From a virus, in IMG/VR virus record IMGVR_UViG_3300032331_003094, positions 1-64,000 of that record: a stretch of 64,000 nt of DNA; one strand, 5' to 3'. Both the position numbers and the translations under genes were made by a program. Below, in pieces: positions 46,940 to 56,220 of the stretch. The notes under the pieces are model-generated. The model had not been told where the DNA came from and did not search any database. It saw nothing but the letters and a program-made list of their open reading frames with translations. The number at the start of each line of letters is the position of its first letter. The stretch's first letter is position 1.

Positions 46940-47105
46940 TTAAATATCGGGGGAAGATCGGATAACTTCCGATTATGTACCAGGGATCTGACAAATAAGT
47001 ATTGTCCATCCCCCCAAACCCCCGCAACAGCCACTACCAGGAATAATCTTCTATATATAGAAGTTATTTCTTTAATTACACTTCAATCATTCACCAACTA
47101 ATCAC

Positions 47106-47357
47106 ATGACTACTGCTGAATTACCTGATGATCTTAATGACTATTACAAGGATAAAGCTAGAGATTTACCAACACGTAAACGTAATAGTGTTGATGACTT
47201 GATGCATGTATTGGACTGTGCAGTCATCGATGCCTTAAACCATGGTGGTTCTAATGAAGCAATCCATGAGGCATTCGAAGCTGTGATCAATCATCCAGAC
47301 AGCACCTGGTCAAGGGATGTCCTTAGCTATCGCATACGTCAAGTCCACTATCACTAA
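47106..47357 (+). CDS. Hypothetical protein
   Basis: 83-aa ORF after a C/A-rich leader. Confidence 0.55.
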   Translation: MTTAELPDDLNDYYKDKARDLPTRKRNSVDDLMHVLDCAVIDALNHGGSNEAIHEAFEAVINHPDSTWSRDVLSYRIRQVHYH

Positions 47358-47613
47358 CGTATACGGCAAGGTTAAGAACAGGTTGAGCATGGGATTGGTT
47401 CACATTAGAACCTTGGTCTGGTGCGGCCAGACATCCCATGCTTGATCCATCAACCTGAATGATGGAACCCAAAGTAAACGCAATCATTGACGAGGATGAT
47501 TGCACCAGTGGCCACTGGGTCTTGCAAGACTCGGTCATCGTAACATTTGTTACATGCTCATGGCCACTGCTTGACAACACTGTTAAACTAACCACGCACT
47601 CACATTCAAATCA

Positions 47614-47832
47614 ATGTCCAAACTTAATGACGCACCTAAGCCACGCATCCCTGATGCCGTGGATCAACGCAGGCTTGAAGCTATGCAATTAGTTGCAAAG
47701 ATGAAAGAGTCTGCCGATAAGCACGGCATTGGATTTGTTGGTGGATTTATTACACCAGACGGAGAGAAGTTTGTTATGACCAATATGGATGACACTGATA
47801 CCAAAGCACTCATGCCGGAGGATCTTAAATGA
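47614..47832 (+). CDS. Hypothetical protein
   Basis: 72-aa ORF. Confidence 0.55.
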   Translation: MSKLNDAPKPRIPDAVDQRRLEAMQLVAKMKESADKHGIGFVGGFITPDGEKFVMTNMDDTDTKALMPEDLK

Positions 47833-48026
47833 CTAAGAAATCTATTGTTAACTTTGATAAAACAATCTGTGGTATCAACATCACAGAACGTGGTATCAAA
47901 TCGTTTACCAAATCAATCAAGCTTGGACCGTTTCAACTAACGTTGAACGCCCGTGACTCCGGTATCCGTGGATCGATTTCGATCCCGGGCACTGGGTTGT
48001 CCAAGCGCAACATTCGACTATTCTGA
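47829..48026 (+). CDS. DUF4236-like small protein
   Basis: KSIKLGPFQLTLN..G..GSISIPGTGLS. Confidence 0.55.
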   Translation: MTKKSIVNFDKTICGINITERGIKSFTKSIKLGPFQLTLNARDSGIRGSISIPGTGLSKRNIRLF

Positions 48027-48036
48027 ACTAACTCAC

Positions 48037-48234
48037 ATGAACTCAACTGAATTCCGCAACATGATCATGGTCATGGACCAGTATGGTGGCTCGTTTGTGT
48101 CATCAATTGCACAAGCTTTGCGCTTTGCAGATCCGGTCAATCGTCAACGGTTGATCGATGCATTCCCAGATCTTGTTGCAAAGTATGGTCCTAATACCAA
48201 GTTCACACAAATCAAACAACCTGTGGAGGTTTAA
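48037..48234 (+). CDS. Hypothetical phage protein
   Basis: YGGSFVSSIAQALRFADPVNRQRLIDAFP. Confidence 0.6.
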   Translation: MNSTEFRNMIMVMDQYGGSFVSSIAQALRFADPVNRQRLIDAFPDLVAKYGPNTKFTQIKQPVEV

Positions 48235-48237
48235 CTT

Positions 48238-48498
48238 ATGTCCGTACTAGCCGTTCACGACTTTCGTATAGCAGATGACTATTGCACAGTTGAAGCAGTG
48301 GTTGAAGATGCAGTTCTACTCCATCTCCCAATGGACTATGAACCTGCTGAATTTGGCCCTGGACTTTGTACAGCAAAGTTTAGTGTGGATCCAAAAGAAT
48401 CAATCCCTGTTAATGAAGCTGACTTCTGTAGCTATCTTGATTCACTCAATCTCGATTGGCGACTGGTCGAAGCTGATAACTCCGATCTAGACAATTGA
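48238..48498 (+). CDS. Hypothetical protein
   Basis: GGAGG SD; 86 aa. Confidence 0.6.
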   Translation: MSVLAVHDFRIADDYCTVEAVVEDAVLLHLPMDYEPAEFGPGLCTAKFSVDPKESIPVNEADFCSYLDSLNLDWRLVEADNSDLDN

Positions 48499-48503
48499 TT
48501 AAC

Positions 48504-48531
48504 CGTCCTGAGCATGACGTTAAACTGCTCA
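48504..48531 (+). ncRNA. Pseudoknot motif A, copy 2
   Basis: CGTC-CTGAGCAT-GACG-TTAAAC-TGCTCA. Confidence 0.7.
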
Positions 48532-48558
48532 ACACTACTAACTCACTACGAATTTACT

Positions 48559-50385
48559 ATGCAGTTTCAGCTACCTACTAACTTGCAGATTGAGTTACTA
48601 GCTTACGATCCAACGCTGAAGAAGTTGGCTCGCACTAATAACTCAAAGACCAAATCAACTAAGTCTAAGTTTCCACTGGGTCAACCTATTGACATCATCC
48701 CACAAGATGTGTTGCGCACATCGTTAGTGCAAGATGCCATTGATGCAATCAACAGTTGCCCAGTGCCACAACGTGTACATGAATTCAAACGCATGAATGG
48801 TTTTGCAAAGACCATGACATGCGCTGTGTTGTATCACTATGAATCTTGTTGGTATGCCGCATGGCTGCCACCCAAGGGACAGGAACAGGATTATGTTTAT
48901 GGTTATAGCTTTGCATACAAAGATAACAAGACTTCAAGGAACATGGTTCCATTCAAAGTTACAACTACGGAAGATACACAGATTGTTAAGTATGGTAGAT
49001 CTGATTTTATTACATACTCACGACTTGTAACCAAGCAAAATATCATTGATGGGAACAGCGGTCACAATTGGGTTTTGCCAAGTATTACTTGGGGCAAAGG
49101 TCAAGGCATTCGTGAAGTTATTCGACGCTTTGAAGAATCACTAAAGGAAACCATCCCTGTATGGGATGATGCCCGTGGTGGTATGTTTGCCAGGCTTAAG
49201 AATTCAAACTTTGTTTCATTACTTGAACTGGAAAACATCATTGATAAAGAGTTGAAGGATACATGGAAGCCATCAGTTGATAATTTGTTTCACATCATTG
49301 ATGAGTCTGTATTGTTTCCTAGTGATTATCATTATGGTGTTTATAGAAGCTACAAATGTATTCGTCACATCATTGACAAACCATTTTTTCGTAGATGGAT
49401 TCAAACAAAGTGTGATGAAACCATAGAACGCTTGAGTGATAATGACAATCGCTCAGAGCGTTACGTTAAACAACCATGGAATCAAATTAAGCATTTGTTT
49501 CGCATGATGTTGTACATAAATAATATCTGGCCTGATTGTCCTATTGATTATTATCAAACACACATTGACAATCTATTGGCTATATATAATTTGCATTCCA
49601 ATACAGATAACACGCGTGTATCTACGTGGTTAAACAAGCATATGCCTGTTGCATCTTTCTTTACGATTGTAGAAAAAGTTGTAACAAATCCAGATAAAAG
49701 ACTTGGTACTTGTACCACAGATTCTATGACTGGACTTAATCAATACTATATTTCAGATTGGGTTGATACTGTAAACATGCTTTGTGATATATTGGCTGAC
49801 AAAGAATCTAAGAATGAAACGTTAGCGCCACCAAAACGGTGGAGACTAACTGAGTTTCATGATTACATCCAAGGTGAAGCTTGGAAGGTTAAACATGTCA
49901 ACAATGCATTACCTCAGGATTTGTTCCCTGAACCTATCAAGGTACAAGTTGAACATACAGAAAAAGTAAATGCAACGTCAACATCTGACAAAATGATTTA
50001 CAACATTAACGACAATTTAAATTATGGTAGACCAATCCTTGATCTTATAGATGGTCATTATAAAACAACACCAGTTAACTATACATTTTTCCAACCTATT
50101 GATACCCATCAACTGGCGGCATGGGGCCAGGCTGTACGCAACTGCGTTGGTAATGCATCCAACTATGCAGATGGTGTACGCAAGAAGAAACATTTCATTG
50201 TCTTAGCAATGCTTGACAACAAGCCAACGTTTACTATCCAATTGGAAGTCGACATGGGCATGATGTCCGTCAAACAGATTGTTGGCATATCAAATGCCAG
50301 GCTTACCAGTGACCAAAAAGATTCCTACACCAAAGCTTTTTCGCAAGCGTTGAAGCTTCAAGAATCTAAGCTACAATCTGCGTAG
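48559..50385 (+). CDS. PcfJ-domain protein
   Basis: C-terminal FHD...QLAAWGQAVRNCVG..Y...TIQL...KQIVG..N. Confidence 0.7.
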   Translation: MQFQLPTNLQIELLAYDPTLKKLARTNNSKTKSTKSKFPLGQPIDIIPQDVLRTSLVQDAIDAINSCPVPQRVHEFKRMNGFAKTMTCAVLYHYESCWYAAWLPPKGQEQDYVYGYSFAYKDNKTSRNMVPFKVTTTEDTQIVKYGRSDFITYSRLVTKQNIIDGNSGHNWVLPSITWGKGQGIREVIRRFEESLKETIPVWDDARGGMFARLKNSNFVSLLELENIIDKELKDTWKPSVDNLFHIIDESVLFPSDYHYGVYRSYKCIRHIIDKPFFRRWIQTKCDETIERLSDNDNRSERYVKQPWNQIKHLFRMMLYINNIWPDCPIDYYQTHIDNLLAIYNLHSNTDNTRVSTWLNKHMPVASFFTIVEKVVTNPDKRLGTCTTDSMTGLNQYYISDWVDTVNMLCDILADKESKNETLAPPKRWRLTEFHDYIQGEAWKVKHVNNALPQDLFPEPIKVQVEHTEKVNATSTSDKMIYNINDNLNYGRPILDLIDGHYKTTPVNYTFFQPIDTHQLAAWGQAVRNCVGNASNYADGVRKKKHFIVLAMLDNKPTFTIQLEVDMGMMSVKQIVGISNARLTSDQKDSYTKAFSQALKLQESKLQSA

Positions 50386-50435
50386 TCCCCACAGACTTGC
50401 CAGCCTTAGCCTCGTAACTAGGGCTGGCACCAATC

Positions 50436-50654
50436 ATGACTGACTACACTGATGAGCAACTACTTGCTATGGCCATGGCCAATCTTGGTGAGTACATTCA
50501 TGACAACTCACCGCATTACGTTTTAATGCAAAATGATCCTCGCAACGAGGATGACTACGATAGTTGGCAGTACGGAATGGAAGTATTGCCTCATGATCAC
50601 ACTTGGCAACACACATCTATTGATGTGAGTGTAAGTCCAAGTGAGCCCGAGTAG
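50436..50654 (+). CDS. Hypothetical protein
   Basis: 72-aa ORF; its stop lies inside the tRNA. Confidence 0.5.
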   Translation: MTDYTDEQLLAMAMANLGEYIHDNSPHYVLMQNDPRNEDDYDSWQYGMEVLPHDHTWQHTSIDVSVSPSEPE

Positions 50655-50720
50655 CCCAGCGGAAGAGGCAAACGACTTAAAATCGTTCCAGCGTGAGTTC
50701 GAATCTCACCTCGGGTACCA
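50645..50720 (+). tRNA. trnL: tRNA-Leu (anticodon UAA) with a short variable loop
   Basis: GCCCGAG/CTCGGGT acceptor, AACGA-CTTAAAA-TCGTT, GTGAG-TTCGAAT-CTCAC, A73, encoded CCA; 76 nt. Confidence 0.9.
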
Positions 50721-50742
50721 ATTTTAAAACACAAATCAAATC

Positions 50743-51045
50743 ATGTATTACGCTTTGCCAACCTATTGTCCAGAACATCCCGCAGATCCATTTACTCCTA
50801 AAGCAAGTGGTGCTGTAAAAACAACAAGAGAACAAAGAATGTATGTATATCGACAACGTAAGAAAGGTAAAACATACAAAGAATTAGCTAGCAAGGTTAG
50901 CCTTACTACTCAAGGAGCAATTAATGTATGTAAAAGAATAGATCGAAAAATTGAATGGTTAAAACATGCAATAAGAAATGAATACAAAGCAGCTAAAAGA
51001 TTGAACCTTAGTATATGGGAATATAGAAAAGCTTATACACAATAA
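50743..51045 (+). CDS. HTH DNA-binding protein
   Basis: GKTYKELASKVSLTTQGAINVC; AT-rich. Confidence 0.55.
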   Translation: MYYALPTYCPEHPADPFTPKASGAVKTTREQRMYVYRQRKKGKTYKELASKVSLTTQGAINVCKRIDRKIEWLKHAIRNEYKAAKRLNLSIWEYRKAYTQ

Positions 51046-51049
51046 ATAA

Positions 51050-51086
51050 CTGGGCATTGTTTACATGTAAGTCCCAGCTTTAACAA
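51050..51086 (+). ncRNA. Pseudoknot motif B
   Basis: CTGGG/CCCAG stem; loop TTGTT pairs with downstream AACAA. Confidence 0.45.
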
Positions 51087-51108
51087 CAACTAACACACAT
51101 TTAATTCA

Positions 51109-51471
51109 ATGGAAATTCTTGCTTGTTTCAAACATCTAATTCCAACTGTACATGCTTATCAAGATGATGAGCAACGTTACAACCTGGGTGCTACATGGAC
51201 TGCTGCCGATGGCTTGCAGGATTACCACAACATCGAACTTAAGTACGTTCGTAACTCAGAACGTCTTGCTCTCCAAGGTGATCCACAACCTGATGGCAGC
51301 TGGAAGTATGTAGAAGCTAATGGCACCGTTCATACCATCACGGCTGAACGCGCCAATAACTTCATGAAGACAACCAGTGACCATGCTACGCTGATGTGTC
51401 AGATGCTGGACCGCCTGCAACAAGCAGGAATCACCGGTCCAACAGTTGACACCCAAGCGTCGGCTGCTTAA
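51109..51471 (+). CDS. Hypothetical protein
   Basis: 120-aa ORF. Confidence 0.6.
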   Translation: MEILACFKHLIPTVHAYQDDEQRYNLGATWTAADGLQDYHNIELKYVRNSERLALQGDPQPDGSWKYVEANGTVHTITAERANNFMKTTSDHATLMCQMLDRLQQAGITGPTVDTQASAA

Positions 51472-51492
51472 ACTACCAACGGAATGTCTGCG

Positions 51493-51521
51493 GAGCCTGG
51501 CGCAAGCTGGGCTCTTTTCTT
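51493..51521 (+). terminator. Intrinsic terminator
   Basis: GAGCCTGGC-GCAA-GCTGGGCTC-TTTTCTT. Confidence 0.75.
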
Positions 51522-51860
51522 ATGACTAACACTGATCAAACCAATCAAGTTGACCAAGCTGTTGTGGATGAAGTTGTAAGACGGATTCCAGAACATACTT
51601 GGGATGATGTTAAAGCAACATTGATTACACACATTGTGGATTCAATGCCAAGTGACGTTATGCTTCGGCTGACTAATGATCCGGAAGGATTTGAAGAAGC
51701 TGAAAACATTTTGTATAACTACTATGAAGATCCTAAGCGTCATTGGAATTTAATCAATGATGCATTCCAATTGTTTGGTGATGAATATGTCTTAGTGCTA
51801 CTTGATTCAATGCAACTTGACAAAATTCAAAATGCAAACACTGACTCTCAATTGCCCTGA
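51522..51860 (+). CDS. Hypothetical protein
   Basis: 112-aa acidic ORF. Confidence 0.55.
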   Translation: MTNTDQTNQVDQAVVDEVVRRIPEHTWDDVKATLITHIVDSMPSDVMLRLTNDPEGFEEAENILYNYYEDPKRHWNLINDAFQLFGDEYVLVLLDSMQLDKIQNANTDSQLP

Positions 51861-52314
51861 CTGTAACAAAATCAATCCATTACTTCTTGAATCACGAATG
51901 ACAGTTCGTGGTGTAAGACGTAGGCGTTATGAATGTAAAGGGTGTCGTCATCGTTGGACTTTGTTTACCAAAGAAAACGAGGGGCGCCCTTACAAACCAA
52001 ATGGATGGGATGTCTACAAGGGAAGGATGGATGAATGGCGTTCATTATCAAGAACGCAAGCTAAAGCAATAATATTATCTAATAAACCACAACGTGAACT
52101 TGCTGAAGATTATGGTATCTCACGTCAAGCAATTTCATTAATTCAAACCGGTAGGATCTATAAAGATATTTATGAAGAAATACATCCACCGCGCACAGGT
52201 CCAATGATTTATTGTGCCAGTTGTACACACTGGAGTCGTGATCGTTGTGGTTTTGAATTTCCAGATGCTGGTGATACCTTTGCCACTGAGTGTTCTGTTT
52301 ACCAATCTAAATAA
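51832..52314 (+). CDS. NrdR-like zinc ribbon plus HTH protein
   Basis: CPDC...ESR....RRRRYECKGCRHRW; QRELAEDYGISRQAIS; C-terminal Cys cluster. Confidence 0.7.
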   Translation: MQTLTLNCPDCNKINPLLLESRMTVRGVRRRRYECKGCRHRWTLFTKENEGRPYKPNGWDVYKGRMDEWRSLSRTQAKAIILSNKPQRELAEDYGISRQAISLIQTGRIYKDIYEEIHPPRTGPMIYCASCTHWSRDRCGFEFPDAGDTFATECSVYQSK

Positions 52315-52316
52315 CA

Positions 52317-52619
52317 ATGAATTATGAACGGCTTGCTGTGATGAAACGCGTTAACAAAACGTTTCGTGAAACGGAACTATTGAATGAACCACCTGTCGTT
52401 CATCCCTTAATTGAAAAAGTTGCACGCGCTATTAGCGATTGGCAATCTGAACGAGACTGGTTGTTTCATACCGACCAGGCTATTCGTGTTATCGAAACCA
52501 TTGCCGAACAACTTGGCAAAGAAGGTTATGATATGCCACAAGATTATTTGCGTCGTGCAATTTGGAAAGAAGAACCCAAGCCCAGGCAATCAGGCATAAA
52601 GGGTGGGGCCACACCGTGA
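52317..52619 (+). CDS. Hypothetical protein
   Basis: 100-aa ORF. Confidence 0.5.
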   Translation: MNYERLAVMKRVNKTFRETELLNEPPVVHPLIEKVARAISDWQSERDWLFHTDQAIRVIETIAEQLGKEGYDMPQDYLRRAIWKEEPKPRQSGIKGGATP

Positions 52620-52754
52620 TCAGTGGCATGGCCCTTCAGTTACCAATCAGAGGAGACAGCAAAAACTCTGATTCCCTTGGATAATGAGGCTGACGCTGTC
52701 CTTCTTCGCCTCATTAATACTGTAATACAAATAGCTATTCCCGTACGGGATTAT

Positions 52755-52778
52755 GGACCTGAGATGTCCTAAAACTCA
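52755..52778 (+). ncRNA. Pseudoknot motif A, copy 3
   Basis: GGAC-CTGAGAT-GTCC-TAAAA-CTCA. Confidence 0.65.
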
Positions 52779-52808
52779 TTCATTAATTTAACTTATCATT
52801 CAACTCAA

Positions 52809-53591
52809 ATGAAATTACTCAAGTTTTCAACTGGCAATGCCAAGCTTGTTAAACGTTTAATCTTTTCGTTGCCAGCTGGATATTCATGTCCACATGCTGG
52901 CGTTTGTAAAACATTTGCAGATCGAACCACTGGTGAAATTACTGATCTACCTCAACGCAATGGGACTATTGCTCCTGAGTTTCGTTGTTTTGCAGCCATG
53001 TCAGAAGTTAGACCTAATGTGCGGGAAGCTCGTTGGCATAACTGGGACTTGCTGCGTGAAGTAATCTACTCAACTGATTCCGATACCAAAAAACAATTAC
53101 AAGCTTTAACAGAACTTATTGAACTATCCATTGCTGTACAACCTGCCAGGGACTTGGTTCGTATTCATGAATCAGGTGATTACTGGACTGAGTTGTACAT
53201 GCATGCATGGGCCAATGCTGCCAGAAACTACAGCCGTATGACGTTTTACAGTTTCACCAAATCTTTAGGTATGTGGTACAACTTGCGCAAGGTTCTGCCA
53301 AAGAACATGTATCTAACTGCATCATATGGCGGTGTGCTTGACGCAATGATTACCAAATATCCCAGGACATTCAAACGTTCTGCTCGTGTTGTGTACACAG
53401 AACAAGAAGCAGCTGACCTTGGTCTTGAGATTGATCACGATGACAGTCACTGCTTGGGTGACAAGCCATTTGCACTATTGGTGCATGGCAGCCAACGTGC
53501 TGATTCTGCTGCATCCAAGGCGTTGTCTCAACGCAAGAAGGAAGGTGGATTTGTTGGATACAACAAAGCAAACCAAAAGGTTGCGTTGTGA
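52809..53591 (+). CDS. Phage gp88-like protein (radical-SAM-like Cys pattern)
   Basis: GNAKL...FSLPAGYSCP.AG.C...CFA...RIHESGDY...FYSFTK. Confidence 0.7.
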   Translation: MKLLKFSTGNAKLVKRLIFSLPAGYSCPHAGVCKTFADRTTGEITDLPQRNGTIAPEFRCFAAMSEVRPNVREARWHNWDLLREVIYSTDSDTKKQLQALTELIELSIAVQPARDLVRIHESGDYWTELYMHAWANAARNYSRMTFYSFTKSLGMWYNLRKVLPKNMYLTASYGGVLDAMITKYPRTFKRSARVVYTEQEAADLGLEIDHDDSHCLGDKPFALLVHGSQRADSAASKALSQRKKEGGFVGYNKANQKVAL

Positions 53592-53629
53592 ATTAAATGC
53601 AGTAGCATTTGACCGTCTTCCACAAGATT

Positions 53630-53863
53630 ATGTCTTACGTTATTGCAACCTATAAAGATGGTCGGCCATATGCTGTTCAAGCATGTGGCCAAACCAATTC
53701 ATTCCAGCTTGTTGCGTTAGACTCTGACGTAGCATTAAACAAGATTTTTTCACATCCCTACAGGGCTGGTGCATTTCAAATCTTGTCATGGATTGAAAAG
53801 AATGACCACGAACTTGCTAGTGAAGAACTCGATGTTTACGATGAAGCCAAATTCCGCAAATGA
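53630..53863 (+). CDS. Hypothetical protein
   Basis: Probable start MSYVIAT. Confidence 0.5.
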   Translation: MSYVIATYKDGRPYAVQACGQTNSFQLVALDSDVALNKIFSHPYRAGAFQILSWIEKNDHELASEELDVYDEAKFRK

Positions 53864-55664
53864 ATCTTGGCTTACATTCGACATCGAGACCGATGGACTG
53901 TATGATCAAGCCACCAAAATTCATTGCATTGTTATTTATGATGTCAACCGCCAACTCACTTCTAGCTACGGGCCTGATCGCATTGGGGATGCTATTGAGC
54001 ATCTGCGTAGTGCTGATGTTCTTATTGGCCACAACATTCTCTTTTACGACATCCCTGTAATTCAAAAATTAACGCAAGCAATTTTTAATGCACGTGTTAT
54101 TGACACGCTCATTTGTACCAGATTGATCTGGCCCAAAGAATTACTCTATGAACTTGACACTGAACAATATCCGCAGGTTCCATCGAAGCTACGTGGTTCT
54201 GCCGGACTCAAAGCATGGGGCTATCGACTGGCTGACAACAAAATTGAATTCAAAGACTTCTCAGAATATTCCCAAGAAATGTTGGACTACTGCATCCAAG
54301 ATGTGGAAGTCACCAAAAAATTATGGGAACACATTGTTAAACAAAACTATGCACAGCCGTCGCTTAAGCTGGAGCATGACTTTGCTTTTGCAATTAATCG
54401 GCAAATTAGATCAGGTGTTCCTTTTGATTTGGATGCAGCTCTTGATCTGGTGGATGATCTCCGAGCAAAACAAACAGAACTTGAAACACAATTAAAAGAA
54501 TTGTTCCCACCAATTAAACAAGAGGAATGGTTTACACCCAAAGTAAATAATACTAAGCGTGGCTATGTCAAGGGTGTGCCATTTCGCAAGGTAATTGTCG
54601 AAGAGTTTAATCCTGGATCCAGGCAACAAATTGCTGATCGTTTACGCAACAAGTATGGATGGACTCCAGAAAAAACAACTGAAAAAGGCAATCCAGTTCT
54701 TGATGATGATGTACTTGAAAAGTTACCGTATCCCGAAGCCAAAACGTTAGCAGAGTATATGCTAATTAAGAAACGTCTTGGACAAATTGCTGAAGGAAAC
54801 AATGCTTGGACAAAGCTTGTTAATAATAATGATCTCCGTATGCACGGTGACGTTGTTACAAATGGTTGCATTACAGGCCGTTGCGCACATCGAAACCCCA
54901 ACATGGGTCAAGTGCCCGCAGGATACTCGCCCTATGGAAAAGAATGCCGCTCGTTGTTCCATGCTCCTAACGGCTGGGACCTTATTGGTATTGACGCTAA
55001 AGCATTGGAGCTTCGTTGCCTCGCTGGATATCTTGCTTACTGGGATAATGGGGAATATGCTTCTCTTGTTATTAATCCTGAAGTAGATATTCATACCTAT
55101 AACCAACAACAGTTTGGTGTGGAAACCAGGGACATCAGCAAACGTTTGTTGTATGGAATGTTGTATGGCTGTGGTGCAGTTAAGGCTGGAACAATTATTG
55201 ATCCTAATGAAAAGGATGAATATAAACTTAAAACCTTGGGGCGTAATGCTATTGATGGTTTTATGAAAGGTGTGCCAGCACTTAAGAAATTAAAACAACA
55301 AATTGATGAAGCAATTAGTGAACGCAATTACCTCATTGGTTTAGATCGACGTGCATTGCATTGCCGTTCTGCATTTAAAGGATTGAATGTTTTGTTGCAA
55401 TCAGCTGGTGCCATCATCATGAAGCAAGTCGTTGTAACCATTCATAACAACATTGAACAAAACCTTGGTTTGGTTTACGGCAAGGATTGGGAACAGCTTT
55501 TGATGGTTCATGATGAAATAGAAATTGCATGTTATCCCGCATACACTGAGGCGGTTAAAGAACAAGCTATTATGGCTTTCCCCCAAGCTCAACAAGCTTT
55601 TAACTTCCGTTGTGAAATTGAAGGTGATGCAAAAGTTGGTTTTAATTGGTATGAGGTACACTAA
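53832..55664 (+). CDS. polA: Family A (T7-like) DNA polymerase with 3'-5' exonuclease
   Basis: FDIETDG, GHNILFYD, YCIQDV; DAKALELR (motif A), KRLLYGMLYG (B), VHDE (C); start approximate. Confidence 0.95.
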   Translation: MFTMKPNSANESWLTFDIETDGLYDQATKIHCIVIYDVNRQLTSSYGPDRIGDAIEHLRSADVLIGHNILFYDIPVIQKLTQAIFNARVIDTLICTRLIWPKELLYELDTEQYPQVPSKLRGSAGLKAWGYRLADNKIEFKDFSEYSQEMLDYCIQDVEVTKKLWEHIVKQNYAQPSLKLEHDFAFAINRQIRSGVPFDLDAALDLVDDLRAKQTELETQLKELFPPIKQEEWFTPKVNNTKRGYVKGVPFRKVIVEEFNPGSRQQIADRLRNKYGWTPEKTTEKGNPVLDDDVLEKLPYPEAKTLAEYMLIKKRLGQIAEGNNAWTKLVNNNDLRMHGDVVTNGCITGRCAHRNPNMGQVPAGYSPYGKECRSLFHAPNGWDLIGIDAKALELRCLAGYLAYWDNGEYASLVINPEVDIHTYNQQQFGVETRDISKRLLYGMLYGCGAVKAGTIIDPNEKDEYKLKTLGRNAIDGFMKGVPALKKLKQQIDEAISERNYLIGLDRRALHCRSAFKGLNVLLQSAGAIIMKQVVVTIHNNIEQNLGLVYGKDWEQLLMVHDEIEIACYPAYTEAVKEQAIMAFPQAQQAFNFRCEIEGDAKVGFNWYEVH

Positions 55665-56171
55665 ATGGATTTTTTAAAATTAAAACCAATACCAAGCAAA
55701 AATGAATTGCAAGTTTTATTAAGATATGAAACAGAAACCGGGTTTTTATTTTGGAAAAAAACTAATAAAAGAGCCGGCAGTATGCCTAAATGTACTGATC
55801 TTAAACATTGTCAATACAGAAGAATAACGGTGTCTCGCGTTGGATATGTAGAACACAGAATTATTTATCAATTGCATTATGGTGACTTAACAACGCAAGA
55901 TGCAATTGATCATATTGATAGAGATAAAACAAATAACAAAATTGAAAACCTTAGAAAAGCTGATGTTTATTTAAACAATCAAAATCAAGGAGATAGAAAA
56001 AACAATACATCTGGATACAAAGGTGTTTCATGGTCAAAACAACGTCAACAATGGCGTGCCACAATAACCGTAAAGAATAAACATAAACACATTGGATTTT
56101 TTATTTGTAAAGAAAAAGCTTATGCGGCGTACTTGGATGCTCGCGTCAAGTACTATGGATTTGCTTGTTGA
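55665..56171 (+). CDS. Free-standing HNH-AP2 homing endonuclease
   Basis: HRII...IDHIDRDKTNNKIENLR; NTSGYKGVSW....WRATI...HIG. Confidence 0.9.
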   Translation: MDFLKLKPIPSKNELQVLLRYETETGFLFWKKTNKRAGSMPKCTDLKHCQYRRITVSRVGYVEHRIIYQLHYGDLTTQDAIDHIDRDKTNNKIENLRKADVYLNNQNQGDRKNNTSGYKGVSWSKQRQQWRATITVKNKHKHIGFFICKEKAYAAYLDARVKYYGFAC

Positions 56172-56173
56172 CT

Positions 56174-56200
56174 CGTCCCAAGTAAGACGTTAAACTGCTT
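56174..56200 (+). ncRNA. Pseudoknot motif A, copy 4
   Basis: CGTC-CCAAGTAA-GACG-TTAAAC-TGCTT. Confidence 0.65.
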
Positions 56201-56220
56201 TCCACCAACCATCGGAACCA

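Noticed and set aside
48514-48558. ORF-track starts inside structured elements (48514, 44469, 44215, 43850)
   Set aside because: These starts fall within or upstream of the RNA elements; downstream ATGs after C/A-rich leaders fit better
50645-50720. Prophage attachment site at the tRNA
   Set aside because: No integrase, no duplicated tRNA 3' end seen, and phage genes on both sides
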